Of a stretch of DNA of 64,000 nt, positions 45,910-53,824 are shown in pieces; position 1 is the stretch's first letter, and every line of letters starts with the position of its first letter. This stretch comes from Acidobacteriota bacterium (GTDB lineage Bacteria; Acidobacteriota; Polarisedimenticolia; Gp22-AA2): contig JBGPLZ010000001.1 in assembly GCA_041486695.1 (NCBI GenBank), positions 60,913 to 124,912 of the forward strand, read 5' to 3'. The notes under the pieces were generated by a model that was given only the letters and a program-made list of their open reading frames with translations, had not been told where the DNA came from and ran no database searches. The translations under genes were made by a program, and so were the position numbers.

Positions 45910-47283
45910 TCACAGCGTACCGTCAGTCCCGCGCTCGAGCGTCGGGAACGGGAGCGCAGGACGGGCAAAGTAGAACCCCTGGCCGTAGCGCACACCGCAC
46001 CGGCGGAGCGTGCGACACTCTTCCGGAATCTCGATCCCCTCGGCGATCACTTTGGCGCCGAACGACACCGCGACCTGGAGCAGGGACCGCACAACCTCCT
46101 GCTTGATCAGGCTGCGGTGAATGTTCTTGATGAGGGAGATGTCGACTTTGATGAAATCGGGCTGCACCTCCGAAATCGCCTGCAGCGAGGCGTATCCCGT
46201 CCCGACGTCGTCGATGGCCACCAGGAAGCCGAGCCGGCGGATCTGAGCGAGGTCGCGCCCGAACACCTCGAAGTCGGCGATGGCGTTGCGCTCGCTGATC
46301 TCGAGGACCAGATTGCGGGGCTGCAGGGGCGTCTCTCCGAGGGCCTGGAGAAGGCCGCCATTCTTGAAGCTGCGTGCTTCGAGGCCCTCCGACAGGGAAT
46401 TCAGGAACAGCTTCTTGGTCGGGTCGAAGCCGTGCGCGTTCTTGACCGCCTGCCGCAGGCAGAGAGCGTCGAGCTCCGAGGAGAGATGGACGCTGTCCGA
46501 CAGAGCGAACAGCACATCCGGCCCTTCGAGCCTGCTGTTCACCGGCCCCCGGGTCAACGCTTCGTACCCCATGATCGAGCCTTGATCCATGTCCACGATC
46601 GGCTGGTAGTGCGTGGTCAGGCACGCCCCCTCCAGAATGGCCCGCAGTTCCAGGACGCGCTCTATCTGTTGCCGATCGGTCTCGCGCAGGATCTTGGCGC
46701 GCGCCTCCCGGATGCCCTGATGCAGCAGGCGCTCAAACCGCGCGGACGCGTTGGGACGCACGAGGGCCGTGCCGACGGAGAAATCGACCCGTGTGTCGCC
46801 GGGGGCCCACTCGGCGGTCGCCAGGCGCGCCTGCAGATGACGCGCCAGACTCGTCGCGGAGCGGACCAGGTCCGCGGCCACCAGATCTCCCCCTCCCGGA
46901 GCGTCTTGCTGGAAGATGAGGAAGCTGTTGCCGTAGACGCCATCGAGTGTCACCAGGGTGCTGCCGGGCAGGGTCCTGCCGACGAGGGCGCCCAGGAGGG
47001 AGGCGACCCCCGCCAGAAGGCGATCGGTCACCTCCCAACCGTGAGCCATCTCGGTGGCGGCGAGCTGCGGGAAATCGAGGACGAGCACTCCCAGAGGGCG
47101 CCCCTCGATCCGGGAATTGAGCTCGTCCACCCGCAGATGGTAGCTATGCAGCCCGGTGATCGGATCGAATAGGGCGCTCTTCAGGCGCAGGAGGCCGGCC
47201 CGGGTCCGATGCGCCGCCACGGCCGGCGTCTCGCGCAACCCCCCGGTGCCGTCCGCCTCTCCCGGATGCCGCAGCTCGCTCAT
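45910..47283 (-). CDS. degenerate-GGDEF / EAL c-di-GMP phosphodiesterase
   Basis: GGDEF fold whose signature is replaced by DGVYGN (likely inactive). Intact EAL motifs (YEALTR, DDVGTGYASL, KVIAEGIE). ATGA overlap with the upstream REC gene. Confidence 0.8.
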   Translation of the reverse strand: MSELRHPGEADGTGGLRETPAVAAHRTRAGLLRLKSALFDPITGLHSYHLRVDELNSRIEGRPLGVLVLDFPQLAATEMAHGWEVTDRLLAGVASLLGALVGRTLPGSTLVTLDGVYGNSFLIFQQDAPGGGDLVAADLVRSATSLARHLQARLATAEWAPGDTRVDFSVGTALVRPNASARFERLLHQGIREARAKILRETDRQQIERVLELRAILEGACLTTHYQPIVDMDQGSIMGYEALTRGPVNSRLEGPDVLFALSDSVHLSSELDALCLRQAVKNAHGFDPTKKLFLNSLSEGLEARSFKNGGLLQALGETPLQPRNLVLEISERNAIADFEVFGRDLAQIRRLGFLVAIDDVGTGYASLQAISEVQPDFIKVDISLIKNIHRSLIKQEVVRSLLQVAVSFGAKVIAEGIEIPEECRTLRRCGVRYGQGFYFARPALPFPTLERGTDGTL

Positions 47284-47672
47284 CCCACCGCCTCCGGACC
47301 ACTGAGCGTGTCGAAAATCCGTTGCACGCGACCCAATAGCTCCTCGCACGAGAACGGTTTGGTGATGTACTCGAAGGCCCCTTCCTGAAGACCGTGGAGA
47401 CGATCACCGACCTCCATCTTGATCGAGAAGAGCGCCACCGGAATCGCCTGTGTTCGCTCGTCCACCTTCAGGACCCGCAGCACCTGAAACCCATCCATCT
47501 CGGGCATGTTGATGTCGAGAAGGATCAGGTCGGGGTGCGCCTGTTCGATCTTCCGGAGCGCCTCCGGTCCGGACGACGCCGGCACCACGCGATACCCTCC
47601 CCCTTCCAGGACCAGGCGTGTCAACTCGACGATGTCGGCGTCGTCGTCCACCACCATGACGGTTCGGGGCAT
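47280..47672 (-). CDS. single-domain response regulator (CheY-like receiver)
   Basis: VMVVDDD...LILLDINMP...ITKPF receiver signature. 130 aa. Confidence 0.8.
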   Translation of the reverse strand: MPRTVMVVDDDADIVELTRLVLEGGGYRVVPASSGPEALRKIEQAHPDLILLDINMPEMDGFQVLRVLKVDERTQAIPVALFSIKMEVGDRLHGLQEGAFEYITKPFSCEELLGRVQRIFDTLSGPEAVG

Positions 47673-47690
47673 TCTTTCTCCGTCCGGCTC

Positions 47691-48416
47691 TCAGGGCCTC
47701 GTCGGCGCGGCGGCGGCCGCAGCGGCCGCGTCCATGGTGCCGACATAGCGTGCGATGAGCGACTCGTCCTCCGGCTGCATCTCGACGAACCGCACCCCCA
47801 CGCCGGCGATCAGATGGGAGTCGGGGTCGCTCTGCACTTGCCGCACCACGACGGCGCGCGCGCGGATGGCGCAATGGCGTGCCTGGATTGGCAGACGCAG
47901 CGACAGCGTCACCGCAGTCTCGATCGGAAGCAACTCCGGAAGGGAGAGAAAGAGACCGGTCCGGCTGATGTCCTTGACCCGGCAACGCCGGCGGGCGCCG
48001 CCCGGCTCCGGCGCGATCTGCGCCGTGAGCCGTGCGCATCGGCGCGGCCCCCGTCGGTGCCAGACGCCTCCGAGCGATCCGAGGACCATCTCTAGAGCCT
48101 CCGGAGCCAGCGGCCTGGCGAGGGTGGCATCCGCGCCAGCCTCGAAGCAGGAGCCGAGACACGCCGGGGCACCGACCACCACCACGGGAGTGGCGCGCAG
48201 GGACGGGTCGCCCTTGAGCGAGCGCAGGCAGGCTGGCGCGTCGATACCTGAATGGTCCGTGTCAATCACGATGAGATCGGGGCGACCGCGACGTGCCTTG
48301 TCGAGCAGCTCCCGCCATCCGGAGGCACGCACGATATCGCACCCGAGTCGCCGGAGAAACGATGCTTCCAGCAGCCGGAAGAGACCGGCGTCGTCAACCA
48401 TGAGGACCCGGGGCAT
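47691..48416 (-). CDS. REC-PilZ response regulator (candidate c-di-GMP effector)
   Basis: Receiver domain (VLMVDDAG...LIVIDTD) followed by PilZ motifs RRRCRVKDISRTGLFL. Start at internal Met 48416. The upstream ORF part to 48671 is junk overlapping the NtrC-like gene. Confidence 0.7.
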   Translation of the reverse strand: MPRVLMVDDAGLFRLLEASFLRRLGCDIVRASGWRELLDKARRGRPDLIVIDTDHSGIDAPACLRSLKGDPSLRATPVVVVGAPACLGSCFEAGADATLARPLAPEALEMVLGSLGGVWHRRGPRRCARLTAQIAPEPGGARRRCRVKDISRTGLFLSLPELLPIETAVTLSLRLPIQARHCAIRARAVVVRQVQSDPDSHLIAGVGVRFVEMQPEDESLIARYVGTMDAAAAAAAAPTRP

Positions 48417-48552
48417 TTTCTGGCTCGTTCGGGGCCCGCCTCGCGGGGCGATCGATCTGCGGGAAGTCTGCTCTCTCAGAAGCGCCGCAGCGCGGTGCCG
48501 ATGCGTTCGAGATCGTAGCATAGCCGGCTCCGGCCATGCAAGGTTGGCAGGA

Positions 48553-48569
48553 CCCTCGACCCCGTCGAG
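48553..48569 (-). terminator. GC-rich hairpin downstream of the NtrC-like gene
   Basis: Minus strand CCTCGAC-GGG-GTCGAGG, perfect 7-bp stem, about 30 nt after the stop. No U-tract. Confidence 0.25.
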
Positions 48570-48597
48570 GCGAGGGCCGCACCTCCCTTGCCGGTGC

Positions 48598-50070
48598 TCA
48601 GTTGCGCGACGACCCGCCGCCGGCGGCTGCCTCGCCCGCGAGCGCCGGACCAGCGACCTCGGCCGCCGCAAGGGACCCGCGCTCGGCGGCCCCTTTGAGC
48701 GGGATGCCGAGCCGTTTCATCTTTTCGATGAGGGTGGTGCGCTTGATCTTCAGGAGCTCCGCAGCGCGGGTCTTGACCCATCCAGAATGCTCCAGGGCCT
48801 GATAGAGCATCCGCTGTTCGTAGCTGGCCAGCACCTCGTCCAGCGAAAATCCGTCCCCTCCAACCTGGAGGATCGGCATCTCCACCAGACCCTCGTCCAG
48901 CACCTCCCTGGGCAGATCCTCCCGTCCGAGCAGCGACTTCCCGAACGACAGCGCCACGGCGCGCTCGATGACGTTCTCCAGTTGCCGAACGTTCCCCGGC
49001 CAGGAATATTCGACCAGGGTCTTGAGGGCTTCCGGGGTGAATTGCTTGAGGGGCACGCCCATCTCCCGGCAATAGATGCCCAGGAAGTGCTGGAGCAGGA
49101 GGGGGATGTCCTGTCGCCGCTGACGCAGGGTTGGCAGCTCGAAATGGATCACGTTCAAGCGGTAGTAGAGATCCTCCCGGAAGCGACCCTCCTCCATCAT
49201 TTTCTTGAGATCGACGTTGGTGGCGGCGATGACCCGGACGTCCACGGAGACCTTGGTGGTGCTGCCAAGAGGCACGAACTCGCGCTCCTGCAGGACCCGC
49301 AGCAGCTTGATCTGCAGGCCCATGCTCATGCTGCCGATCTCGTCAAAGAAAAGCGTTCCGGTGTCCGCGGCCACGAACCGACCGGAACGATCGGCGACCG
49401 CATCGGTGAATGCGCCCTTCGCGTGCCCGAAGAGCTCGTCCTCGAGAAGCGAGTCCGGAATTCCTCCGCAGCTGACCGAGACGAAGGGCTGACCGCGGCG
49501 ATCGCCATTGAAGTGAAGCGCCTTGCTGACCAGTTCCTTGCCGGTGCCGCTGGCGCCGGTGATCAACACCGTGCTGCGCGTCGACGCAACCTGTTCGATG
49601 AGCCCGAAAATCCGCCGCATCTCAGCGCTCTGGCCGATGATGTTGTGGACGCCATAGGTACCCTCGAGTTGGCGCTTGAGGTAGACGTTCTCGCGCCGCA
49701 GTCGGCTGCGCTCCAGGGCGCGCGCGACGACCAGCTCGACCTCCTCCATCCTGAAGGGCTTGACGACGTAATCGACCGCTCCCATTTTCATCGCCTTGAT
49801 GGCCGTCTCGACCGATGCGTAGCCGGTGATCATGACGACCGGCGTCTCGGCGCGCAGCGCCGTGAGCTCTTTGAGGATTTCCAAGCCGTCGACGCGCGGG
49901 AGAACCATGTCCAGGATGACCAGGTCGACCGGTCCCTCTCGCAGAGCGGCGACCGCCTTCTCCCCGGACTCCACGCTCGTGACTTTGTAGCCACTCTCTT
50001 TGAGGGCCTGGCCGAGCACCTGCCGAACTCCTTCGTCATCATCGACCACCAGGATCGTTTCGTCTTTCAC
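48598..50070 (-). CDS. sigma-54-dependent response regulator (NtrC family: REC-AAA+-HTH)
   Basis: Receiver domain. AAA+ Walker A GASGTGKE, GAFTGA-type loop (HAKGAFTDA), ESWPGNVRQLEN. C-terminal Fis-type HTH. Start set at the second GTG (50070; SD GGAGAGG 4 nt upstream, giving MKDETILVVDDD). The ORF track starts 15 nt earlier at 50085. Confidence 0.85.
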   Translation of the reverse strand: MKDETILVVDDDEGVRQVLGQALKESGYKVTSVESGEKAVAALREGPVDLVILDMVLPRVDGLEILKELTALRAETPVVMITGYASVETAIKAMKMGAVDYVVKPFRMEEVELVVARALERSRLRRENVYLKRQLEGTYGVHNIIGQSAEMRRIFGLIEQVASTRSTVLITGASGTGKELVSKALHFNGDRRGQPFVSVSCGGIPDSLLEDELFGHAKGAFTDAVADRSGRFVAADTGTLFFDEIGSMSMGLQIKLLRVLQEREFVPLGSTTKVSVDVRVIAATNVDLKKMMEEGRFREDLYYRLNVIHFELPTLRQRRQDIPLLLQHFLGIYCREMGVPLKQFTPEALKTLVEYSWPGNVRQLENVIERAVALSFGKSLLGREDLPREVLDEGLVEMPILQVGGDGFSLDEVLASYEQRMLYQALEHSGWVKTRAAELLKIKRTTLIEKMKRLGIPLKGAAERGSLAAAEVAGPALAGEAAAGGGSSRN

Positions 50071-50121
50071 GGGGCCTCTCCTCACTCGTGAGCGCCGACC
50101 GGGATCGCTCGTGGAATCTCT

Positions 50122-50141
50122 ATGAGCAATCGCTGTGCCAG
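50122..50141 (-). promoter_or_regulatory. sigma-54 (-24/-12) promoter upstream of the NtrC-like gene
   Basis: Minus strand CTGGCACAGCGATTGCTCAT matches TGGCAC-N5-TTGCW exactly, with GG/GC spaced 12 nt. About 40 nt upstream of the gene start. Confidence 0.55.
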
Positions 50142-50212
50142 CCGGGTGACAGACTCAGAAGGTCAGGTCAGGGCTTGCCTGAGGCCGTTCAGAGGATCGC
50201 GAGGAGCAAGAG

Positions 50213-50250
50213 CGTCAGAAAGGTGACGTAAATCGTCAACGGTAAGGAAA
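50213..50250 (-). promoter_or_regulatory. candidate enhancer/UAS: TTGACG direct repeats (22-nt spacing), one inside an inverted repeat TGACG-N5-CGTCA
   Basis: 80-120 bp upstream of the sigma-54 promoter, the right distance for an EBP binding site. Motifs are short, so chance occurrence is possible. Confidence 0.25.
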
Positions 50251-50315
50251 AAAAGCGTCAACGAGCCGACTGGGGTTCCATCGGGGGAGAGGTGTGAGGT
50301 GACGCGACGGTCCTG

Positions 50316-50753
50316 TCAGTGCGACAGGCCGCCTCGACCCGGGGCAGGCACGCCGAGAACGCGCGCCCGGCCGCTGACGATTGATCCGGGTTGCACTTGA
50401 AGAACCGGAGTCGCGATCTCGCCTTCGAAGAGGCCCGTGGGTGAGACCAGCACTCGCGTCGCCGCCCTGATCGAGCCTCGCGCCTCGCCGGCGAGATCGA
50501 CGCTTTGGACCTCGACCTCGGCCGCGACACGTCCGTTGCTGGCGATCGTCAGCTTGCCGCGCAGCACGATCACCCCGTCGACCTCGCCATGGATTACGAC
50601 CGGTCCTTCTCCCCGGATGGCGCCGCGAATACGGGTCCGGGGGCCGATCACGGTTCGACCTCCGCCCTGCGGCGTCATATCCTCCCGATGCCGATCGGTG
50701 ACCATCGGCTGCGCCGGCGCGGCGGAATCCTCGTTGCGCTTCTTGAAGAGCAT
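50316..50753 (-). CDS. bactofilin (polymer-forming cytoskeletal protein)
   Basis: Beta-helical bactofilin repeats (VIGPRTRIRGAIRGEGPVVIHGEVDGVI...ASNGRVAAEVEVQSVDLAGEARGSIRA...). 145 aa. Confidence 0.8.
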   Translation of the reverse strand: MLFKKRNEDSAAPAQPMVTDRHREDMTPQGGGRTVIGPRTRIRGAIRGEGPVVIHGEVDGVIVLRGKLTIASNGRVAAEVEVQSVDLAGEARGSIRAATRVLVSPTGLFEGEIATPVLQVQPGSIVSGRARVLGVPAPGRGGLSH

Positions 50754-50798
50754 TGCGGCGCTCGCTCCGCGGCGGAAAGAGATCCCGCAGAAGAAGGG

Positions 50799-50874
50799 CT
50801 GGAGCGGGCAGCGGGGTTCGAACCCGCGACACCGAGCTTGGGAAGCTCGTACTCTACCAGCTGAGCTATGCCCG
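50799..50874 (-). tRNA. tRNA-Gly (anticodon CCC)
   Basis: Folded by hand: acceptor GCGGGCA/TGCCCGC, D-arm GCTC...GAGT, anticodon stem CGAGC/GCTCG with loop TTCCCAA, T-arm GCGGG-TTCGAAC-CCCGC, encoded CCA. 76 nt. Confidence 0.8.
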
Positions 50875-50915
50875 CGTCCTACATTCCGGAATGTAGCACC
50901 GCGCTCCGCGCCCTG

Positions 50916-51998
50916 TCAAACGGAGGTCGCGGCGATGATCCCGCCTCCGAGAACCTCGTCACCATCGTAGAGGACCACGGCCTGGCCAGGTGCGATGGCG
51001 CGCTGCGGAGCCTGAAACTCGACCTCGATACCGCGTTCCGGCAGCGGCGTGATCCGCGCCTCGGCCCCGGCGTGGGAAGAACGGATGCGCGCCAGCGCCG
51101 TGAAGGGCGCATGCGGCTCCGGGATGGAGACCCAGTTCACGTCGGACGCCCGAAGACGGGTGCCGTACTGCTCCCCCTCTTCCCCGACAATGACCCGGTT
51201 GCCCCCGGCGTCCAGGGCCACGACGTAGAGCCTCCGCCCGTCGTTCAGGTTGAGTCCCTTCCTCTGTCCCACCGTGAAGCCTGTTATACCCGTGTGGTGC
51301 CCGAGGACGACCCCCCGCGTGTCGATGATCTCCCCGGGGGCCCCGGTATCTCCCGTCTCGCGGCGGATCACGTCGGTGTAGCGGCCCTCCGGAACGAAGC
51401 AAATGTCCTGGCTTTCGGGCTTCGCGGCGTTTGGAAGCGTATGCGCGGCGGCCAGCCCGCGCACCTCGTCTTTGGACATCTCGCCCACGGGGAAGAGCAC
51501 GCGCTCCAGCTGCTCCTGGGTCAGGTTGAAGAGGAAGTACGACTGATCCTTGCCATGATCACGCGCCCGCAGGAGCGTCCGCCGGCCGGTGGCCGGATCT
51601 CGTCCCGTCCGGGCATAATGGCCGGTGGCGAGACGGTCCGCGCCCAGTGCGGCCGCGCGTCCGAGCAGGTGGCGGAACTTCGGGCCGGCGTTGCAGTCGA
51701 TGCACGGGACGGGTGTCCGACCGGCACGGTACTCGGTCACGAATCGGTCGATCACATCGCGCCGGAACTCATCCTCCAGATTCAGGACGTAGAAAGGGAT
51801 CCCGATCCGATCGGCGGCGGCGCGAGCATCCAGAAGGTCGCGCGGCGAACAGCACCGTCCGTACGTCGAGCGGCCGTCCCGGCCCCGATCGTAGAGCTGC
51901 ATCGACAGCCCGACTACCGACGCCCCCTGCTGTTTCAGGAGGAGCGCCGCGACCGAGGAATCGACGCCCCCGCTCATCGCCGCCCCGATGCGGCTCAT
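50916..51998 (-). CDS. mnmA: tRNA-specific 2-thiouridylase
   Basis: PP-loop SGGVDSS and MnmA catalytic Cys motifs (PCIDCN, QDICFV). Start at internal Met 51998, ATGA-coupled to the upstream FHA gene. Confidence 0.85.
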   Translation of the reverse strand: MSRIGAAMSGGVDSSVAALLLKQQGASVVGLSMQLYDRGRDGRSTYGRCCSPRDLLDARAAADRIGIPFYVLNLEDEFRRDVIDRFVTEYRAGRTPVPCIDCNAGPKFRHLLGRAAALGADRLATGHYARTGRDPATGRRTLLRARDHGKDQSYFLFNLTQEQLERVLFPVGEMSKDEVRGLAAAHTLPNAAKPESQDICFVPEGRYTDVIRRETGDTGAPGEIIDTRGVVLGHHTGITGFTVGQRKGLNLNDGRRLYVVALDAGGNRVIVGEEGEQYGTRLRASDVNWVSIPEPHAPFTALARIRSSHAGAEARITPLPERGIEVEFQAPQRAIAPGQAVVLYDGDEVLGGGIIAATSV

Positions 51999-52537
51999 GC
52001 CATTTCCTCCAGGTCGGGCTCGGAGACCGGAGCCAGGATGAGCATCAGCACCGTGCCGCCGATCCGGAACTCGGCGCGATTGTCGAGCTCGACCTGCGCG
52101 ATCTTCTGATCGTTGATGAAGGTGCCGTTGGTGCTGCCCAGGTCCTTGAGCACGACCTTCGCGCCATGCACCTCGATGGAGGCGTGCTGGCGTGAGATCT
52201 CGGAATCGTTCAGGACAACATCGCACTCGGACCGGCCGAGCACCACCAGCGGCTTGTCGATTGGCACGATCCGGCCGCTATCCTTCCCCTGCAGGACGGC
52301 GAGCGAAACCCGGTGGGCGGGGGGCAGTGTCAGATCGCCCCCCGGCACCCTGGCACGGGTGGGGATCTGGTTGGCGTCGGCATCGATGCGCGTCGTCTGC
52401 TCGCCGGGTTCGAGAGGCGCGGTCACCGAGATCGAGGTGCCGCACCCGGGACAGCGGAGCGTGGCCTCGGCCCGGCCTCGCAGCCTGGCGGGATCGAACC
52501 GGTAACGCTTGCCGCACCCGCCGCAGGCGACGATCAT
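51995..52537 (-). CDS. zinc-ribbon + FHA domain protein
   Basis: N-terminal CGGCGKRY...CPGCG zinc ribbon. C-terminal FHA signature (GRSECDVVLNDSEISRQHASIEV...LKDLGSTNGTFIND). ATGA overlaps with both neighbours. Confidence 0.7.
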   Translation of the reverse strand: MIVACGGCGKRYRFDPARLRGRAEATLRCPGCGTSISVTAPLEPGEQTTRIDADANQIPTRARVPGGDLTLPPAHRVSLAVLQGKDSGRIVPIDKPLVVLGRSECDVVLNDSEISRQHASIEVHGAKVVLKDLGSTNGTFINDQKIAQVELDNRAEFRIGGTVLMLILAPVSEPDLEEMA

Positions 52538-53709
52538 CGTACGCCCTGCAGCGCTCCGGCCGGCGCCGCCGCCCTCATCGCCGACACCACGCTCTGGAGA
52601 CGGATCACCAGTTCCTCGATCTCCTCGCGGCGCGTCTCCGGGCCGAGACTGATCCGGATCGAGGATCCCGCCTCATCGTGGAGGCCCATCGCCGCCAGCG
52701 CCTCCGATCGACGGATGGTGCCCGCCGAGCAGGCCGACCCCGCCGAGACCGCGATTCCTTCCAGATCGAGGGCAATCACGAGCGCTTCCCCCGTCGTGCC
52801 TAGGACGGCCACGCTGCTGAGCCCGGGGATTCGCGGGGTCCCCGCGCCGTTGATGCGCGCGCCAGGAATCCGCGCCTGGATTTGAATCTCGAGCAGGTCC
52901 CTGCATCGCTCGATCCTTTTTCCCTCCTCCGCGAGTCCCCGCGCGACCGCCCCGGCCGCCGCGCCGAATCCGGCGATCGCCGCCACGTTCTCCGTCCCCG
53001 GCCTGCGATTCAACTCCTGGCCGCCGCCGCGCAGGTGGGGGTGGAGCCGCACGCCGTGCCGCACGTAGAGGGCCCCCGTCCCCTGTGGCCCTCCGAACTT
53101 GTGGGCGGCGATGGAGAGGAGGTCGATCCCGAGGGCGCGGACGTCCACCGGGAGTTTCCCGACCGCCTGGGCGGCGTCGGTGTGGACAAGGATGCCTCGC
53201 CCGCGCAGGCCGGCGGCGACCTCTCCCACTGGCTGTAGAGTGCCGACCTCGTTGTTCGCCAGCATGAGGGACACGAGACAGGTTTCGGGAAGGGCGGCCT
53301 CCAGAACGGCTCGGGAACGCACCACGCCGTCACGACCCGGAGCCACCCGCACGACGTCGAAACCGCGCGACGCCAGGTCGTCCATCACGGCCAGCACGGA
53401 AGGGTGCTCGAACCCGGAGGTGACCACGCGCCGCGATGCCGGTGCGGCCGACCACGCCGCGCCGAACAGCGCCAGGTTGTTCGCTTCGCTGCCACCGATC
53501 GTCAGCACGATTTCATCGGGAGCGGCGCCGATCAGCCGGGCCACCTGCTCGCGGGCCTGCTCGACGACCATTCGGGCGCGATGACCGGGCGCGTGGACGC
53601 TGCTCGGGTTCGCCGCCGGCTCCTGCAGCTGGCGCAGCATCGCCTCCAGGGCCTCGGGTCGTAACGCGCTGGTGGCGCTATGATCGAGATAAATCCGGCG
53701 CATTTTCAA
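52534..53709 (-). CDS. cysteine desulfurase (NifS/IscS class V aminotransferase)
   Basis: PLP-lysine region SIAAHKFGGPQG and active-site Cys loop SAGSACSAG. Start is TTG 53709 or ATG 53703. Confidence 0.85.
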   Translation of the reverse strand: MKMRRIYLDHSATSALRPEALEAMLRQLQEPAANPSSVHAPGHRARMVVEQAREQVARLIGAAPDEIVLTIGGSEANNLALFGAAWSAAPASRRVVTSGFEHPSVLAVMDDLASRGFDVVRVAPGRDGVVRSRAVLEAALPETCLVSLMLANNEVGTLQPVGEVAAGLRGRGILVHTDAAQAVGKLPVDVRALGIDLLSIAAHKFGGPQGTGALYVRHGVRLHPHLRGGGQELNRRPGTENVAAIAGFGAAAGAVARGLAEEGKRIERCRDLLEIQIQARIPGARINGAGTPRIPGLSSVAVLGTTGEALVIALDLEGIAVSAGSACSAGTIRRSEALAAMGLHDEAGSSIRISLGPETRREEIEELVIRLQSVVSAMRAAAPAGALQGVR

Positions 53710-53732
53710 AACCTAGCACAGGAGCGTCATCC

Positions 53733-53762
53733 TTGACAACATTCCGACCCGGATGCTAGATT
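53733..53762 (+). promoter_or_regulatory. candidate sigma-70 promoter for the ileS operon
   Basis: TTGACA (53733-53738), 18 nt spacer, TAGATT (53757-53762), about 60 nt upstream of the ileS ATG. Confidence 0.4.
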
Positions 53763-53824
53763 CCGGGCTTCCCCGGCGTGGCCAAATCGTTGGCCGTCAA
53801 CGTGATCGAAGGATCCGGACCCGC

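Noticed and set aside
48417-48597. Looked for a second sigma-54 promoter upstream of the REC-PilZ gene
   Set aside because: The nearest candidates (TGCCAACCTTGCA) lack the obligatory GG at -24/-25. Only a GC hairpin was found, which argues for transcriptional separation from the NtrC-like gene.
47755-50091. 778-aa plus-strand ORF
   Set aside because: Antisense to the NtrC-like and REC-PilZ genes, which carry clear AAA+/REC/PilZ signatures. Composition is junk-like.
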